Notes: a model not told the origin generated them from the sequence alone. Counted from the stretch's first letter, positions 49,301 through 62,479 are shown. The stretch is DNA of 64,000 nucleotides from Dicyema japonicum (GCA_011109175.1 RDEW01000051.1:118685-182684); one strand, 5' to 3'. Numbers and translations: made by a program.

Positions 49301-49880
49301 TAAATTTTATTTTCTAAATGTTTTTTTCTTTTTTCTGTTATTTTTACAACGTCTGAATTTTTTTATATAATACCGGAGTCGGAAGTCGAAGAAATAATAT
49401 TTGAGGAGTCGGTCGTACTATATTTTACCGACTCCACAGCCCTGATCACAATCATGTCGATTAGCAACAATAAGAATCATGATTGTAATCTTACAGTTGT
49501 AGTCTTCAAGGCACGAAACTATCAACCAACCTAAGAATCGAACGCAAAACAATGGATTTTTACGGCACGTCAAAAAAAGAGGGAAAGATGAGCAATACGT
49601 CACAGACATTCCTAAAGTAGCCACAAATCAAGTACTTATCAGTTCCTCATCTAACCATATAAAAAATTTTTACGCGATGGACTTCTTGAAAGACCTCCTC
49701 TCCAATACTTTTGGAATCCCTAATCCGCAAAAACTAAGAAACGTACACATTCAACTGAAAACACCAGGTTATATGCTCGATGTGTGCTTGTATGTTCTCC
49801 AGGGAAGAGCATTTGGCCTGTGACCAGATAATCGAAAAACAGAGCGTTAAAAATAAAACAAATTTATTAAGGAAAAATGA

Positions 49881-52800
49881 TCATCTCATAGGTTGCCTAC
49901 ACATCGGACAATTAACAGAATTGTTGGCAGTAAACCACTTTGTCTACAAAATAACCAAAATACAAACAACACACGTCGTATGAAACTTATTCCGACAAAC
50001 CTGACATTTAAACGAAGGAAATTTCCCGCTAACTGGATCATTCGTTTGGTAACAGATCGAGCATTCCGTCACATTAGTGAAGATCCCCTCTACCGTAGTG
50101 TGCACTCGCTCCACCAAATCAGACATCGAAGGCATCTAAAGGTATAAAATCTCCCAACCTCATCTAAATTCTCCAAGGTCTTCACTCCCAAACACAACCT
50201 CGTCAACTTTGTCCCCGAAGATAGCGAAGAAGTCGTCCTTTCCCGCAAAACCACCCCTTCGAATGGAAACAGGTCGGGAAACTTCACTTCAAGACATATC
50301 AATTGATCCACAAACTCCAAGCTCACAACAGCTGTCCACACGAGAGGCTGAAGAACCACCTTAAAGTAACAAAAGTCGAGGACCGAAACACCGGGAATGG
50401 AAAAGTCCGCATTCCTAAAGTCCTCGAACACTTTTTTGCGAACCTGATGGCAAATCGAGGTAGAAAATAGTCTGAAATACAAAATTACAAATACTCCGAA
50501 ATTTCCCGCCTCTGAGCGCTTAAATCCTTAAACCAGCTTCGGCAGACTCCATAGAACCCCTTCAAGACGGCCTCGGCCACATTCATCATCAGTTTCGACA
50601 AAACCAGGGCCCCCTTTTCGCTGAATCCAGCAAAACATAGATGTGAAAACTCAGCCACCTCGAAATAATCAGATTTAATCAAATCCGCCAAGATCATCAG
50701 CAAATAATGGACCAGACTATTTTCCACCACCAGATCCCTCACACTTCCAGTCAGATTCTACAAATTAATCAACCAAAACCCCGCCAAGTGACATGAAAAG
50801 ATCCCAACACAGAAAATATGCCACAAAATAGCAGTGAAGACCAGACTCCAAGTTTTCATAAATATTCTCAAAGGAACCGTCAAAATCGTATAAAATTTCC
50901 AAAATTTCCGCGGAGAACACTTCAAGGAGGCAGAAAATCTTCTCTAAGAACAGGCGGCTAAAATGTAACAACAAATTACATAAAGTCCGGACCCTTGGGG
51001 GACAATTGACCAGCAAGCCTTAGCAAGTGAGTACAAAAACTACTTTATGGCAACTCTACAGACTGTAGTGCTTATGAAAGGATGAACCCCGCCAGTAATC
51101 ACTGGAGGGAGAAATCCAGCATATTTGAAGGAATCTCTGAGATGTTTCCAGCTTCGTAGGAACTGAGAATCCCTCCAAGGGCCGAAAATGCTGATGAGAC
51201 TCCAAAGTGACAAAAAACCGAGAATTCCAAGTCTTCCCGACAATCGAGGGACCAGCAACGAGAACGAATAAAGTCTAGCGTCACATAACAAAGAACCAAG
51301 CAGATTCGTAAAGACACTTGGCATTTTCCCGTAAAAACGTGGCTTGAAGAAACTATTCCACTCCTCCACGTGGCTTCCAGTCGAATTTTCCTGGTAAAAT
51401 TTAATCAGCTCTTCCACAAACTCACAAGCCTTGAAGGATAAGACAATCTCCTCTTCAGTAAACTCGGCACCAGAACGTCCCACAAGAAACTAGATGTAAT
51501 TTCAAATTTAACCGCCAAAACCGAGTCGACGTGGCACAACATAAAGTCATATAACTCTGTGCTGCCAATCACCGAATTAATCCTGTTGAGAAAACTGTAA
51601 AACCGAGGGAAATTAGGGCAATGTTCACCAAAATACAGTCACTTCCATATTTTGTCCTACAAATAACCACTAAGCATACATTTTGTCCTCCATAAACAAA
51701 GATGGCTGCTGTTTGGACAAAGAGACCAGTTTTTGAAGAAATTGGACAAATTCGACTCTCCGGGTACCTCTTCAGCGTATAATTTGGCAAAAGTAGCAAC
51801 TCGAGGATCCTATTAGGATTGCCCCAGATAAGTCTGAGTTAGTCAGTGGTGGTCAAAATAAGCGAGAATTTCCGACCGAAGTCTTTCCATCCTAGAATCC
51901 TTCAGAATCCTCCCCAAAAAAGGAACATTTTGAACACACAAAACTAAAATAAATACAAAAACAACTCAGAGTCCACCAAACAAGCCAAATCGCTAAAGAA
52001 CAATGAAATACCGGGAAAAGCAAGCCAATTATAAAGCGAAGTCACAAAAACGGGTGATCCAACGCTCTAAACTGATTGAACAACCAACCTTTCAGCCACC
52101 TCAGAAAAGAGAGGAGTGAGGGACTCACAAACTTTCTCAATCTGCACAATAACCGAGCTAAAGTCATAATTTGGGACAGAAGCGATGATATCTTTCGCCA
52201 CAAAGGAATGCAGGACCACCTCTGCTTTGAATTCCTCTGAGAATTCGGCGGGATTTATGAAATTAAGGTAAAGTTGAAGACAAAGGGAGTACAACGGAAG
52301 TAACTCATCCAGAATGCGGTGGGAGTACACGAATCTTCCGGAATAGAAGACAACAAAATCGTTGAAATAACCATTCTACATACAAAGAGAAAGTAAACCT
52401 TAGCCATGTCTTCTTGGATGAGTGAGTATAGGAAGGAAAGATGTCGTAGTGAAACAGAGGAAAGGTAGTCCACCAGAGACTTGCTTGGATGGTCCCGAAG
52501 ATCTTCACATCCCCGAAAAACCTCCACCACCTTTAGGAAACTACAAAATCAGAGAAAATCAGACGTTTTTAGATGAGGGGAAATCGACTTTTCATCCAAA
52601 ACAGTATAATCTGACACATTTCTGCGTATAAACTCCTCCCATCTCCCTTCTGTCCTCAAAAGTTTCCGAATCCCCTCAGCTAAGAGATCAGCTGTTGCGG
52701 ATTTGTCGTCCATATCAGCCAGAATTGTGAATAGCTGGTCGACAAACTGCTCAGAAAACTCCAATAAATCCTAAAATAGTCGAAACCAGATACCGGGTTC

Positions 52801-55143
52801 TCAGCCAGGCAGATTGCCTCGATTAGGCCAAGCGACTCGGAGATCCCACGCTTAAGAAAATTCTCTACTACACAAGAAAGGGAACTCAAATATTTCTGAC
52901 ATGGGGTCAAAGCTTTTAGAATTCAAAAAAGTTAAAACCTGTTAAAGAAGAACAAAGTATGTCAGCAACATCAATTAGTGCTCCACTTTGAAGTGCCGAT
53001 TCAAACCACTCAAGCGATTCATTTTCAACCCAATCAAGCATAGACTGTCCCATGATCGACTTTAGCACCAAGCTAAAGACGGGCAAATAAAAGTCAGCAG
53101 TCTTCTCCAAAACAACAAAATTTGACTAAAAATAACAAAAAAACAACTTTCTTGAAAAAACCGTCGAAAATGATTCTACATTGCATCAAAGCAGTCAACC
53201 CCAGAATAATACTCACAAATTTCTCAGCGGAACCCTTATGGAGTCTCACTTGGTCTCCAAGTCCAATAAAGGAACCACCACCAATATATCCCCAAATAGA
53301 AGAAACAAAGTCATCGCAATCAAATATCTCAGAAAGGGGGAGTCCACTCTTCACAACCAAATCTGCCAGGCTCAATCTGTGTTCCCACACATCTTCGCCC
53401 ACAAGAGTTTTTTTCAGCGCCAAGCAGAAAAAAGGCACAAATTCTTGGGGTAACTCCCGAATTCCTTCACCACGCAAATAATGAGGCCCACGTGTGGTGA
53501 TAGCGGAGACAAACTTTTCCTTAGAATCGATCAAATCATATTTTATAGCAGAAAAAAATTCACATAAAATCTCGGAAATTTTGGATTTTTCAATTTCTCC
53601 TTTTTCCCACTCAGCCAGTAGAAAATCAAGCAAAAGTTGAAGGAACTCAAAATTACGCAAAACCGAGAAATCCTTGGTCACGGAACTTTCAACAACTTCC
53701 TTGACAGCTGCTTTTGTGAGCTCCAATTCGACGGAGTCTGACTTTAGCATCATTTTTGACACAAAAATGAAAATCGACATCAAAAAACAAGCATTTTTAG
53801 GACTCTGACTAGATAGACGCAATCTGGACTAAAAGACTGCCAAACCCAACAAAACAGGAATCAAAAAGCTCCCGCTGAAAGTGCATCTCACAGGGATTTT
53901 CGAATGACTTCAAGATGAAGGGGATATTCGCGTAAAAGTGGTCAGCGAGGTATTCGGTTCTCAGAACCCTGAGGATCTTTGGTTTCACAGTCCTGTTGAA
54001 GTCCACGGAGTCCCAGCAACGACTGGAGACCTTCCAGAGGACAGAACAGGCTTTCCACGCCGCAGTCTGCACGGAAAGCGGGAAATTTCCGAGTTTTGAG
54101 TAGAAGAAGGGGCAGATTCTCCCAATCGAGTCGTCCGTGAGTGAACCCTCATAGGCGAGTAAAATCCCACTTAGCAGCCGCAAAATCGCCAGAATCTGCT
54201 ATTTTCAGTAAAACTACCAGCTCTTCGTCAGTCGTGGACAAATGTGACCAAAACTGGGCAGATTCAACCAATTCTGAGATAAACGGCCAACAAGTCTCCT
54301 TGACATGTGTTATCATAAAATCCACGACATACAGCGACTGAGTCAGCGGAATCAGACGGCCATCACAACTATCCTTTCTCCTAAAATAAATAAAATTAAT
54401 ATAAAATGGCAATTTAACTAAAAACGTACTTTACCGCCACATTCGAGACAAAAATGAAGGAAAAAAGCGACTGGAGGAAAAAAGGAAAAATACTTTAAAA
54501 ATATTTGGCGCCATTTTATTAAAAAAGATCTCCTGCTTTTCAGGCTTTATGAAGCTGTCGAAGGCCTCACGTGCTTTAATGGAAACGGAAAGGGAATGAT
54601 CGAAGAGTCCTCTCAGCCAGGAGGCGAGAAGGATGTTCCCGGTGTTATGGGTACTAACTTGGTCTTCCTTTACTCCAAGCCCGATCAGATGAGCCCCCCG
54701 TTTACCGAGTTGGTTGAAGATATGACCGTTCAGCTGATGGGCTTTCTTGCGGACCTCCAGTGAAGGGTCCTTGAAGTAAAAAACAGTATAAACAGAGGAA
54801 AGTCGTGGGAAAAGAGTTGCCCAAGCGAGAGAGACTGACTCTGTCCTTTCTTCGTCACTGCAAAGATCTATTAGTTCGTCTAATCCTTGATTTTGGTGAC
54901 GGGATCTTTCTTGAAAATCTTCCTTATTGTCAGAGAGGCTGCTTCCGCTGGAAACGTATCCAGACAGCTGTGTTTTAAGGCATCGAGGGTTGCTGTAGAT
55001 GGAAGAAGAGCAGTGGAGGTGCTTGGGTTCCTTTTCTGAAGATATTCAGCGGCCTTGTAACTAGTAGCCATCTAATTTTATATTATCGCTTATACCTGGG
55101 GTCGACCTTTGAGTTTATAGACTTCTTTGTTCTTCTTAGCCAT
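49881..55143 (-). CDS. LTN1: Listerin E3 ubiquitin ligase (ribosome quality control), many micro-introns
   Basis: N-terminal MAKKNK...MATSYKAAEYLQK...IRKIFKKDPVTKIK(G)LDEL...DPSLEVRKKAH; RWD-like LEVKFPDLFPF; C-terminal RING ECSICY...KCQVCRNKFHTTCV/TKWFTANNSVNCPMCR. Confidence 0.9.
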
Positions 55144-55284
55144 TGGCACACAAAGGTTTGAGTTTAATTTTGAATTAGGTATTTTTATCTTATTAATTTA
55201 TTTAATTTAATTTTAATTTACTAAACTTTGAGAAATTGGGAAAGAAAATTAATAAGTCTTAATGCTCTATGATCTTTACTTCCA

Positions 55285-55810
55285 ACAGAAGATTGACTTC
55301 CCCACTCGCTTGAAGGGGTTTCCACAACTTCATGTAATGGACGTCTTACCCTTTATGCTGATTCCGGATGGACTAATGACCTTCAGCAAACATAATCTCC
55401 TCTTCCCAGCGAAAACTAAACTTCATAAAAAAGCTACTTGGATACTACAAGAGATGGTTCACCCAACAGTAGATCATCTCTACTACCAATATATACTTCC
55501 ATCAATCAGTTACTGCTGCGCGGCATGGGGTACTAACACATCTCACACCAACCTAAAGAAACTAAACTAACACATCTCCTCGTCATTAAAGCCAACCCCG
55601 TTCGAGGAACTCGTGAGGAGAATGGGAGCTCAGCCAAAACCCTCAAACTTCCGAAAAGTTATTCGTCCATACAAGAATTGCGTCGGCACTCTGGAGGAAC
55701 ACCGAGGAAAAATGAGGCGGCTGCTCAAGGGGGCCGGGATCACCTGACGGTCCCTATTTTCCTTTGTTTTTGTCTGTGATTCTTGGTTTTTAAATTAAAA
55801 AATAAGTGAC
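55285..55810 (+). mobile_element. Internally deleted Ingi derivative (family A-type 5' body + RT thumb + 3' end)
   Basis: gaaggggtttccacaacttcatgtaatggacgtcttacc (family A), then YYQYILPSISYCCAAWG, then GGGATCACCTGA and 3' UTR. Confidence 0.75.
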
Positions 55811-56329
55811 TAATTCATGAATTTAAATCCCTCAAGGCCATATACGGCACAGAACTAAAAAAATATTCATATTTGTGTTTAGTTTTAAAATCATTTAAAA
55901 TCAAAATTGAACAGCTGACGTGGTTCATTGCTACAAATGCCTTTGTCGATTTATCGGGGTCTTTGATCTTCATTAATTGCTTGATCTAACCGACTCAGTT
56001 TCCTAAAATTCTTGACTGACTCTATGATCAGTCATAAATATCATCTTCAAAGAAATGGACCTTTATTCATAAATCGATCACGTGAGCATTCGTGATCTGT
56101 TTTAGTAATGCAAATATATGGCATAATTAACCCACAATTTCATTCATCTATTGAAAGGTGAGTCCTTAATTAGAAGAGCTTGAAGCATCTACCAAATAGT
56201 CGCTTGGTAGTGGCAATGGGATGAGCACCAAGCTAACTCTTTCAGATTTCTTTGATAAGATAACATAGCGACTTTACTATGCTGTGGTCACGAAATAGTA
56301 CGTGCAATTCGAGAAACTAACAACGTCAC

Positions 56330-56700
56330 TATTTTCCGTTTACTCCCTAGTCCGTCAAAGTCCTCCCCCTCTCTGAGACGTTTCCTAATCTTTAGAAGTT
56401 CCTGTTCAGCAACATCGGCAAAGTGGTACTTGATCGTCAACTGAATCGGAGAGAATCAGAGGAGACGTCTCCGGTGGCCACGTTAGGAGGGACTTCCTGC
56501 TTCATTCTCAATACATTCCCAAAGAGCCTCCATCGATCTTCCGTGATTTCGACCACCGCCGTGCATCATGTCTACCCATATGGGCCATTGTGGGTACCAT
56601 TCCAGTGGATTAGAAAAGGAGTAGATTTCTTCGGATGCAGGGATGGGCGGGTACCATTCCTATGACAGGCGGATCAATTAATTTAATGAAGGTATCGAGC
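56330..56700 (-). mobile_element. RTE-like LINE C-terminal relic
   Basis: RWRLFGNVLRM...STTLPMLL. Confidence 0.65.
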
Positions 56701-57049
56701 AGAACAAGAGAGTTTCCTCTTAGACTACAGTCTCTAACTCATCTTTGGCGGTATTGCTCTTCCCGTTGTTGATGTGAATCACTCAGCTGAAGACACTTTT
56801 CTCGTTAACAAAGTGAGAGAGACCATTTTCTGGATGCTGACCAGTCACTGAGAGTCATCTGAGACAGATGGTCCACGTGGAAGTTGTCGAATTATAATTG
56901 AGAATTAAAGTGTCAGTAAAAAGAGAATCCCCGTCCACCTTACTTACAAACACACACGTCATTCCCCCTCTTTAGATTGAACCGAGAGATTCTTAAACCA
57001 AAAAATGTCAAAGTCCCACTGTCGAATCCGGAGACTTAAATCACAGAAA

Positions 57050-57210
57050 GACAAATAGTTCCAAGCACACACGAGTCCATCCAAAGAAATAGTTGTTAAA
57101 ACCCCAAAAGAAATGATGCAATGTAAAAAAGGGAGAGCAAATGATCCTTTACAAAGCGATCTCGCCATTGATCGCCTCCTGAGAAAGGTGGTTCATGACG
57201 CCATGGTAGA
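57050..57210 (-). mobile_element. Family A divergent copy
   Basis: ggcgtcatgaaccacctttctcaggaggcg...aaaggatcatttgctc on the reverse strand. Confidence 0.65.
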
Positions 57211-57299
57211 TGATCAAGAAAGCAACAGAACATAGGGAAAAGAACCCCCTACTATGCAGATACCCGGAGAAAGGAACCCAGGACAATTTATTTACGTAT

Positions 57300-57680
57300 G
57301 ACATCCAAACTCAAAACAATCTTATTTTTTTATTTTAAAACCAAGAATCACCGACAGAATAAAAGGGAGTGGTGGCGTCAGCCTCATTAAGCACCACCTC
57401 ATCTTTTCTCATGTTCCTCCCAAGAGCCGACAAACTTCCTGTATGGATGATCCACTTTCCGCAAATTTGGGGGTTTCAAAAGGGTTCCCGTTCTCCTCAA
57501 AAGTTCCCCGAACAGAGTTAGCATTAGTGGCGAGGAGAACCTTTGTAGGGGCCACGTGACTACTTTTTGGAAGCAATTGATTCTCTTTAGGTTTGTGCCC
57601 CATGCCACACAGGAGTAGCTGATTGTTGGTTGTATGTATTGCGTATAAAGATGATTTAATGTTGCCCATGATCCAACCAA
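57300..57680 (-). mobile_element. Ingi-like 3' fragment
   Basis: LYTQYIQPTISYSCVAWGTNL; aligns with 55470-55810. Confidence 0.75.
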
Positions 57681-57798
57681 ATAGAAAAAGGTAGACTAAA
57701 TTAAATTTATTGAACCAGAAGGATCAATTTAAATTATTTAAATTTAAAATTAAATTTAACGAATAAATAATTTTAAATAATAAATTTTATTCCGTCTC

Positions 57799-59182
57799 AT
57801 GTACTCGAAGAAGTAATTAGCTAATTCACTTAAACAGGCACCGAAATCGTCTAAACGAGAACATTCTTCCCCAGTATATAATGGAGATGATGGAATGCAA
57901 AGATTCGTTCTACAAATTACTCGAATTGGAGAGGAAATTAGAAGGACTTATAAAACGGAAAAAACTCGAAATTGCGAAGCCGTAAAAGGACTAATAAGTA
58001 ATTTGTAATTTTATTTGGAAAAATTCCACTTTGCGAGTATTTTTGACCTCAATTTTCACGCCGGCGATGAATTCGAGAGAGTATGGGGAAGTTTCTGTAC
58101 CCAGCTGGGTTTTGAAGATTGAAGGTCAGCTAGTGGACGTTTTCTTTTACGAATTAAAGTTCTAGGTCAAAAATATAACCCAAGAGGTTCCAAATAAACT
58201 AAAAATGTCGACTTTTATAAAGAGTTTGGTCGTGGAGCTAGACCGAGAGCAATATGGTCCAGAAAACCACCTCTTTGAATGGAACAGAGTACAAAATTGT
58301 GAAGAAACTGAGGATTTCAGATTAGTCGGCCAGGAAACTGTGATGTAGCCTGTAAAATCTACATTTCTCTCAACAACGAGTTGCCACGTCAAACTAATTT
58401 TTTAGCCGCCTAAATTCAAACCTGAGAGAAGACTCGCCAACCTAATAGGAATTTTTTCTCCCAGCACACGCACAGTGATAATCGCAGCTTTGTGGCAGTA
58501 CATCAAAACTAACAAACTACAGATCATTCAGACCGGTACCACATCAACTGTGATGCTGGATTTCACAAAGTTTAGTCTTTTGACTCTGTAGGTCTTTGGG
58601 TCAAAAGAATGCCGTTCGACGAGCTCTCCAGTCGTGTTCAGAAATTGCTGACTCCAGCGGACCCATTTGTCCTCAACTTTGTAATAAAGTAGGATTTTGA
58701 TGGATTTTGTAGGACTGATCTACGAACTCCTGTGAATCGCTCGTATTTTGATATTCCCGTGGAAATTGTTCATGAGGTTGATCATTCTAGAACTGCGAGG
58801 ACGTTGAGAAAAGAAGACTTTCCTGATGACTGGGGACTTTCAGAGACGGTTGGAGGAATATGATGACACTGTATCACGTGGTCTGAATCATAGATCCACA
58901 ATCTGATAGAAGAGATCAGTCTTTCGAGGATCAGTTATGAGTTTTACAAATTTTCTGAGAATCCGGTCAAATTTATGTTCAAGTGGCTGTCCTCGCAGTC
59001 CAAGGATTTTGAGGTAGCGGATTGGAGTATTTTAGGTTGTTCTCCGGTTCGGAGGAATGTGGAGAATGAACGGCTCAGAGTTTTACTACCAGGATTGGAT
59101 TCCGGAGGCTGTGGGACGATATTTCTTCAATAAGGTTCAAAAGGAGATCTTGGATTTTGATAAAAATGTCGGAAATAAGTGA
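57799..59182 (+). CDS. SMARCD1: SWI/SNF subunit BAF60 (SMARCD family; SWIB domain)
   Basis: NILPQYI...[17 protein letters not shown]; [10 protein letters not shown]; [21 protein letters not shown]; FQISRPG; [13 protein letters not shown]; [12 protein letters not shown]. Paralogue identity (SMARCD1/2/3) not resolved. Confidence 0.9.
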
Positions 59183-59454
59183 TTTTGTTTTTTAATAATT
59201 TTTGCTTAATATTATTTTCTGAGTTTTTTTGGGAAGTAGTCGAGTTGACTTGCTAGCTGTGAGATCTCTCTGACGAGTAGCCCTGTGGGGGTACATATAT
59301 AATTGGTGATGTATAGGAATATAGTCGAAACTCAAATGTTCTTGCTTCTTCGAGGACTATCGGGAGGATTTCATCGGTCGTCCACAGAATCGGGGATCGT
59401 CAAGACAAAAAATCCTTTATACTCATAACGTGTCCGAAAAGTCTCCATCTAGCA

Positions 59455-60403
59455 CAGAGCTTTTCAAAAAATAATTCTCGCGGCACACTAATTGTAAAAA
59501 AAATAATCCACGGCACACATTAAAAAATAAAAAAATTAAATTTTTTAAGATGTGTAAAACTAAGTACAAAAATTGGTAATTTAATGCCCAAATTTTTATT
59601 AATAAAAAAATGAATTCTTAATTATTATTGTTTTTTGTATATATCATCAATATCAGGTCGAATGGTTGACAAAGGCACTCGCATTTCAGCACAAATCCGA
59701 CGAGAAACAGTATTATCTGACAAGGTATCTTCATTATTTTTTTGTTCATATTTATGAACAAACATAGTCCGAGCATAATACGACAAGCAGGGATTATCAA
59801 GTTTTCGCCAATATTGTGAGGTTTTAGTTGTTTTGCTATCACTTCTGAGATCAGGTTGAATTATTTCAATGATTCCTTTGTGTTTAAAAAAGTTTCACTG
59901 AACATCAGATCTACGATTCATAGTAAAAAACTAAATAATACTTAAGTTTTTTTTTCAAATGGATAAAATAATCCACAGATTTTTCGGAATAGTCCGGATG
60001 CTTGGAAGTAAAATGTCTCTTTTGTTTGCTAGGAACCATAGCATCACTTGCCAAAACTTCCATGCAAATTAGACATTGAGGTAGTTTATTTTTATCTTTG
60101 CATATAAATCCAAATGACAAATAAGAATCTTTATAAGAACGACGAACTGATTTACCCATAAGCACGTTGATGCGCACGTTATTAAAAATTAATAAATAAT
60201 GGTTAACCAATGTAAATGTCATTTAATGTATAATAAAAAATAATTATTTTAATTTTAGTAATTATTTTAATTCGTTTATCTTTTTAAATTAATTAGGTCA
60301 AAATGTATATAAATTTATTCAAATTTGTATTTGGCAGGCGGCACACTAGAAATTGTCTTGCGGCACACTTAGTGTGCCGCGGCACACCATTTGACAACCT
60401 CTG
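59455..60403 (-). mobile_element. Buster/Charlie-type hAT element, internally deleted, perfect 8-bp TSD
   Basis: TIR CAGAGCTTTTCAAA / CAGAGGTTGTCAAA; TSD ATCTAGCA on both sides; BED finger PQCLICMEVLASDAMVPSK.KRHFTSKH; AKQLKPHNIGENLI; CGGCACAC subterminal repeats. Confidence 0.92.
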
Positions 60404-60429
60404 ATCTAGCATCTATGATGTGATCGAGA

Positions 60430-61480
60430 TTGGGGAATGGTTCTATTTGATATTCAAAAGAGCTTCACAACAACATCGTTTGCCCATTTTTGTGAAGAGG
60501 GTGCAACTTTTTCGAGTCGGCCTCTGTACAGTGCATTAGTAGCACAGGTTTGACACCGCGTTGTACAAGCATAGTCTCGTTTTCGTCCTTTGTCTACAAG
60601 CCAGGTTTTCCTGAGTTTTTGCATTTCTGTGTTTTCTCTTTACAATGTCTTCTTGATGTCCTAGGAGGGTGCATAACTTCTTGACCCAACGTCAGATTTT
60701 GTTAGTCCTTGACTCTCCCTTTTGAGTTCAGTCACCTCCATAAGAAACCCTCCATCTCAGACTGGATTCCAACTGGTGGATCTGATTAAGCTGATTACTC
60801 CAATAGCACTAAGAGGATTCAGGAATTATTAAATAATCAATAACTCTCTTGTTCCTCTCGAAATGAGCTTGTACAAGTTAGGTCAGACATAATTGAACCT
60901 GGGCATCGGTTCATCTGATACTTCTTTGCTTCCAAAGGTTCGCACATCCTGTTCTGTGTCCAAGAAGGAAACGAGAAGTTACATCTACATTGAGGAGATG
61001 AGGACTCTAAAGATGTGTCATAGTGGACAAGAGATACGTCCCAGCTCAACTAACATCAGGCAGATAATCTTCAACCTTGAGTCCGTCACCTCTTCATAAC
61101 CACAAGAAGGAAAACAAAATCTTTCATCTACCATGAAGTGAAGTAGACATTTCGTCTAACAAAGGTACGTCACCCCTCAACCTTCCGATCGATGACTTTC
61201 AATATTGCACGTGGAATATTGAATCCCAATGGGGGGTCTTTGGACAAAAACTTAGATGAACTTGAATCCCCGATTAACGTGACTGTGTAAAACTTCTTCA
61301 CCTCTGACGCTTCTCAATTGGATGGACCTCCAAGTACCACTTTTTCGATCTTGTGAATCACCTTCAAAGGGTTGGGAAACACTTTAGATAAAGAGATGGT
61401 CTTTGATATGTGAACTAGCATTGGACGGGAAAAACGACCAAGGAACCCATGGTATTTCTTCTCCTTGACTTGGCCTTTAA
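60430..61480 (-). mobile_element. RTE-like RT relic
   Basis: Eroded KT..RLYNA..KPVL... thumb region and upstream RT-like fragments, with many stops. Confidence 0.5.
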
Positions 61481-61669
61481 TAATTCAACCGTAAATCCGA
61501 ATAATTGCGAAAATCCAGAATTTGGAAAATTAGCAAGTTTTCGTTGCTAAGTGATTAATTAAGATTGTTATGGACACAATTAGATCATGTCACTTAATGG
61601 TACAGATGTTATGTATTCTCGTGGGTTCGACCACTGACTCCCACTCGCTACTTGGTCTCATACTTTGTT

Positions 61670-61790
61670 CTGTTTTTTCTCTCCCCACACAATCGGTGCA
61701 GCGTCATGTGATTCACCTGTCCCAGAAGATTGGCAAGATAGGACCAAAATGATCACCTGCGTTCCTCCAATCATCTGTTACTCCTTGGAG
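61670..61790 (+). mobile_element. Family A degenerate 5' portion
   Basis: Pyrimidine tract, then gcgtcatgtgattcacctgtcc...aaaatgatca. Confidence 0.6.
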
Positions 61791-62479
61791 GAATAACCAT
61801 GGGTTTGGGCTTCTTCATTCACCTGTTAAATATGAAGGGAGGTGCCTTGCTTGGATTCAACGTTTACAGATACCTTCTTAACACGAATCTGCTCAAGTCA
61901 TTGGTGTACGCATATACTGCTGAAGATTCAAAAAGGAGGAGGAATCAGTTCACCTCCAACCGGTCTCCGTTTAGACGTCTGGCATGTTCGGTCCTAGCAC
62001 AACAAAGTTTATTGGGATGTTCGTGCAGCTTGCAGAACTGAGGAAGAGCCTAGAATGACACAATGACTCTTCCAGAACATCGCGATCATGAGGAGTGACT
62101 TGCGTGTTCAATGCCAGCAGGCCAGCATAAACTTGACCGCAAATCAATGATAGGCTTCACATAAGAACAAAAAGCCGAAATAGTGTTTCAGCCCTTCCAC
62201 CGAGGAGTAGTAACGTTTCCATTGCTCATCTCAGCTTAGGCAGAACTCTCACCAAGAAGAAAAGGACAGTTATGCTGATTAATCGACTGCTAAGCCGACT
62301 CTTAAAAATCAGAATACGGCGAACTGTGACCGTTCAAATATAAATGACGAAAATAACGGTTGTAAAGAATTTTGTAAATGCGATTTTATAAATTTCTAAT
62401 TAAAAAAAAATTTAGAAAATTAATTCCAATTATAATCCTCGTATTTTAATAATTAACGAATAGTCGATTTTCCTCATTT

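Larger units (their letters stand above)
43741..49444. mobile_element. hAT element containing nested insertions
   Basis: Inverted ends CAAGGCTGTGGAGTGGGAGTC / CAGGGCTGTGGAGTCGG; 8-bp flanks ctcaccat/atcacaat (6/8); internal hAT transposase relic. Confidence 0.7.

Noticed and set aside
53122-53481. Plus-strand ORFs overlapping LTN1 (also 49780-50147, 52422-52631)
   Set aside because: Antisense shadows of the AT-biased LTN1 coding sequence, with no recognisable motifs.
54880-54895. Euplotes-like programmed frameshift at AAG GAT TAG in LTN1
   Set aside because: The other frameshifts (Rac, SYS1, SMARCD) lack a shared slippery-stop signature, while all are homopolymer contractions; assembly error is simpler.
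56959-57168. ORF with ISLDGLVCAWN resembling a dynein intermediate-chain WD40 repeat
   Set aside because: The nucleotides align to the degenerate family A body (ggggtttt..caact...ggatggactc), and no further WD40 blades follow.
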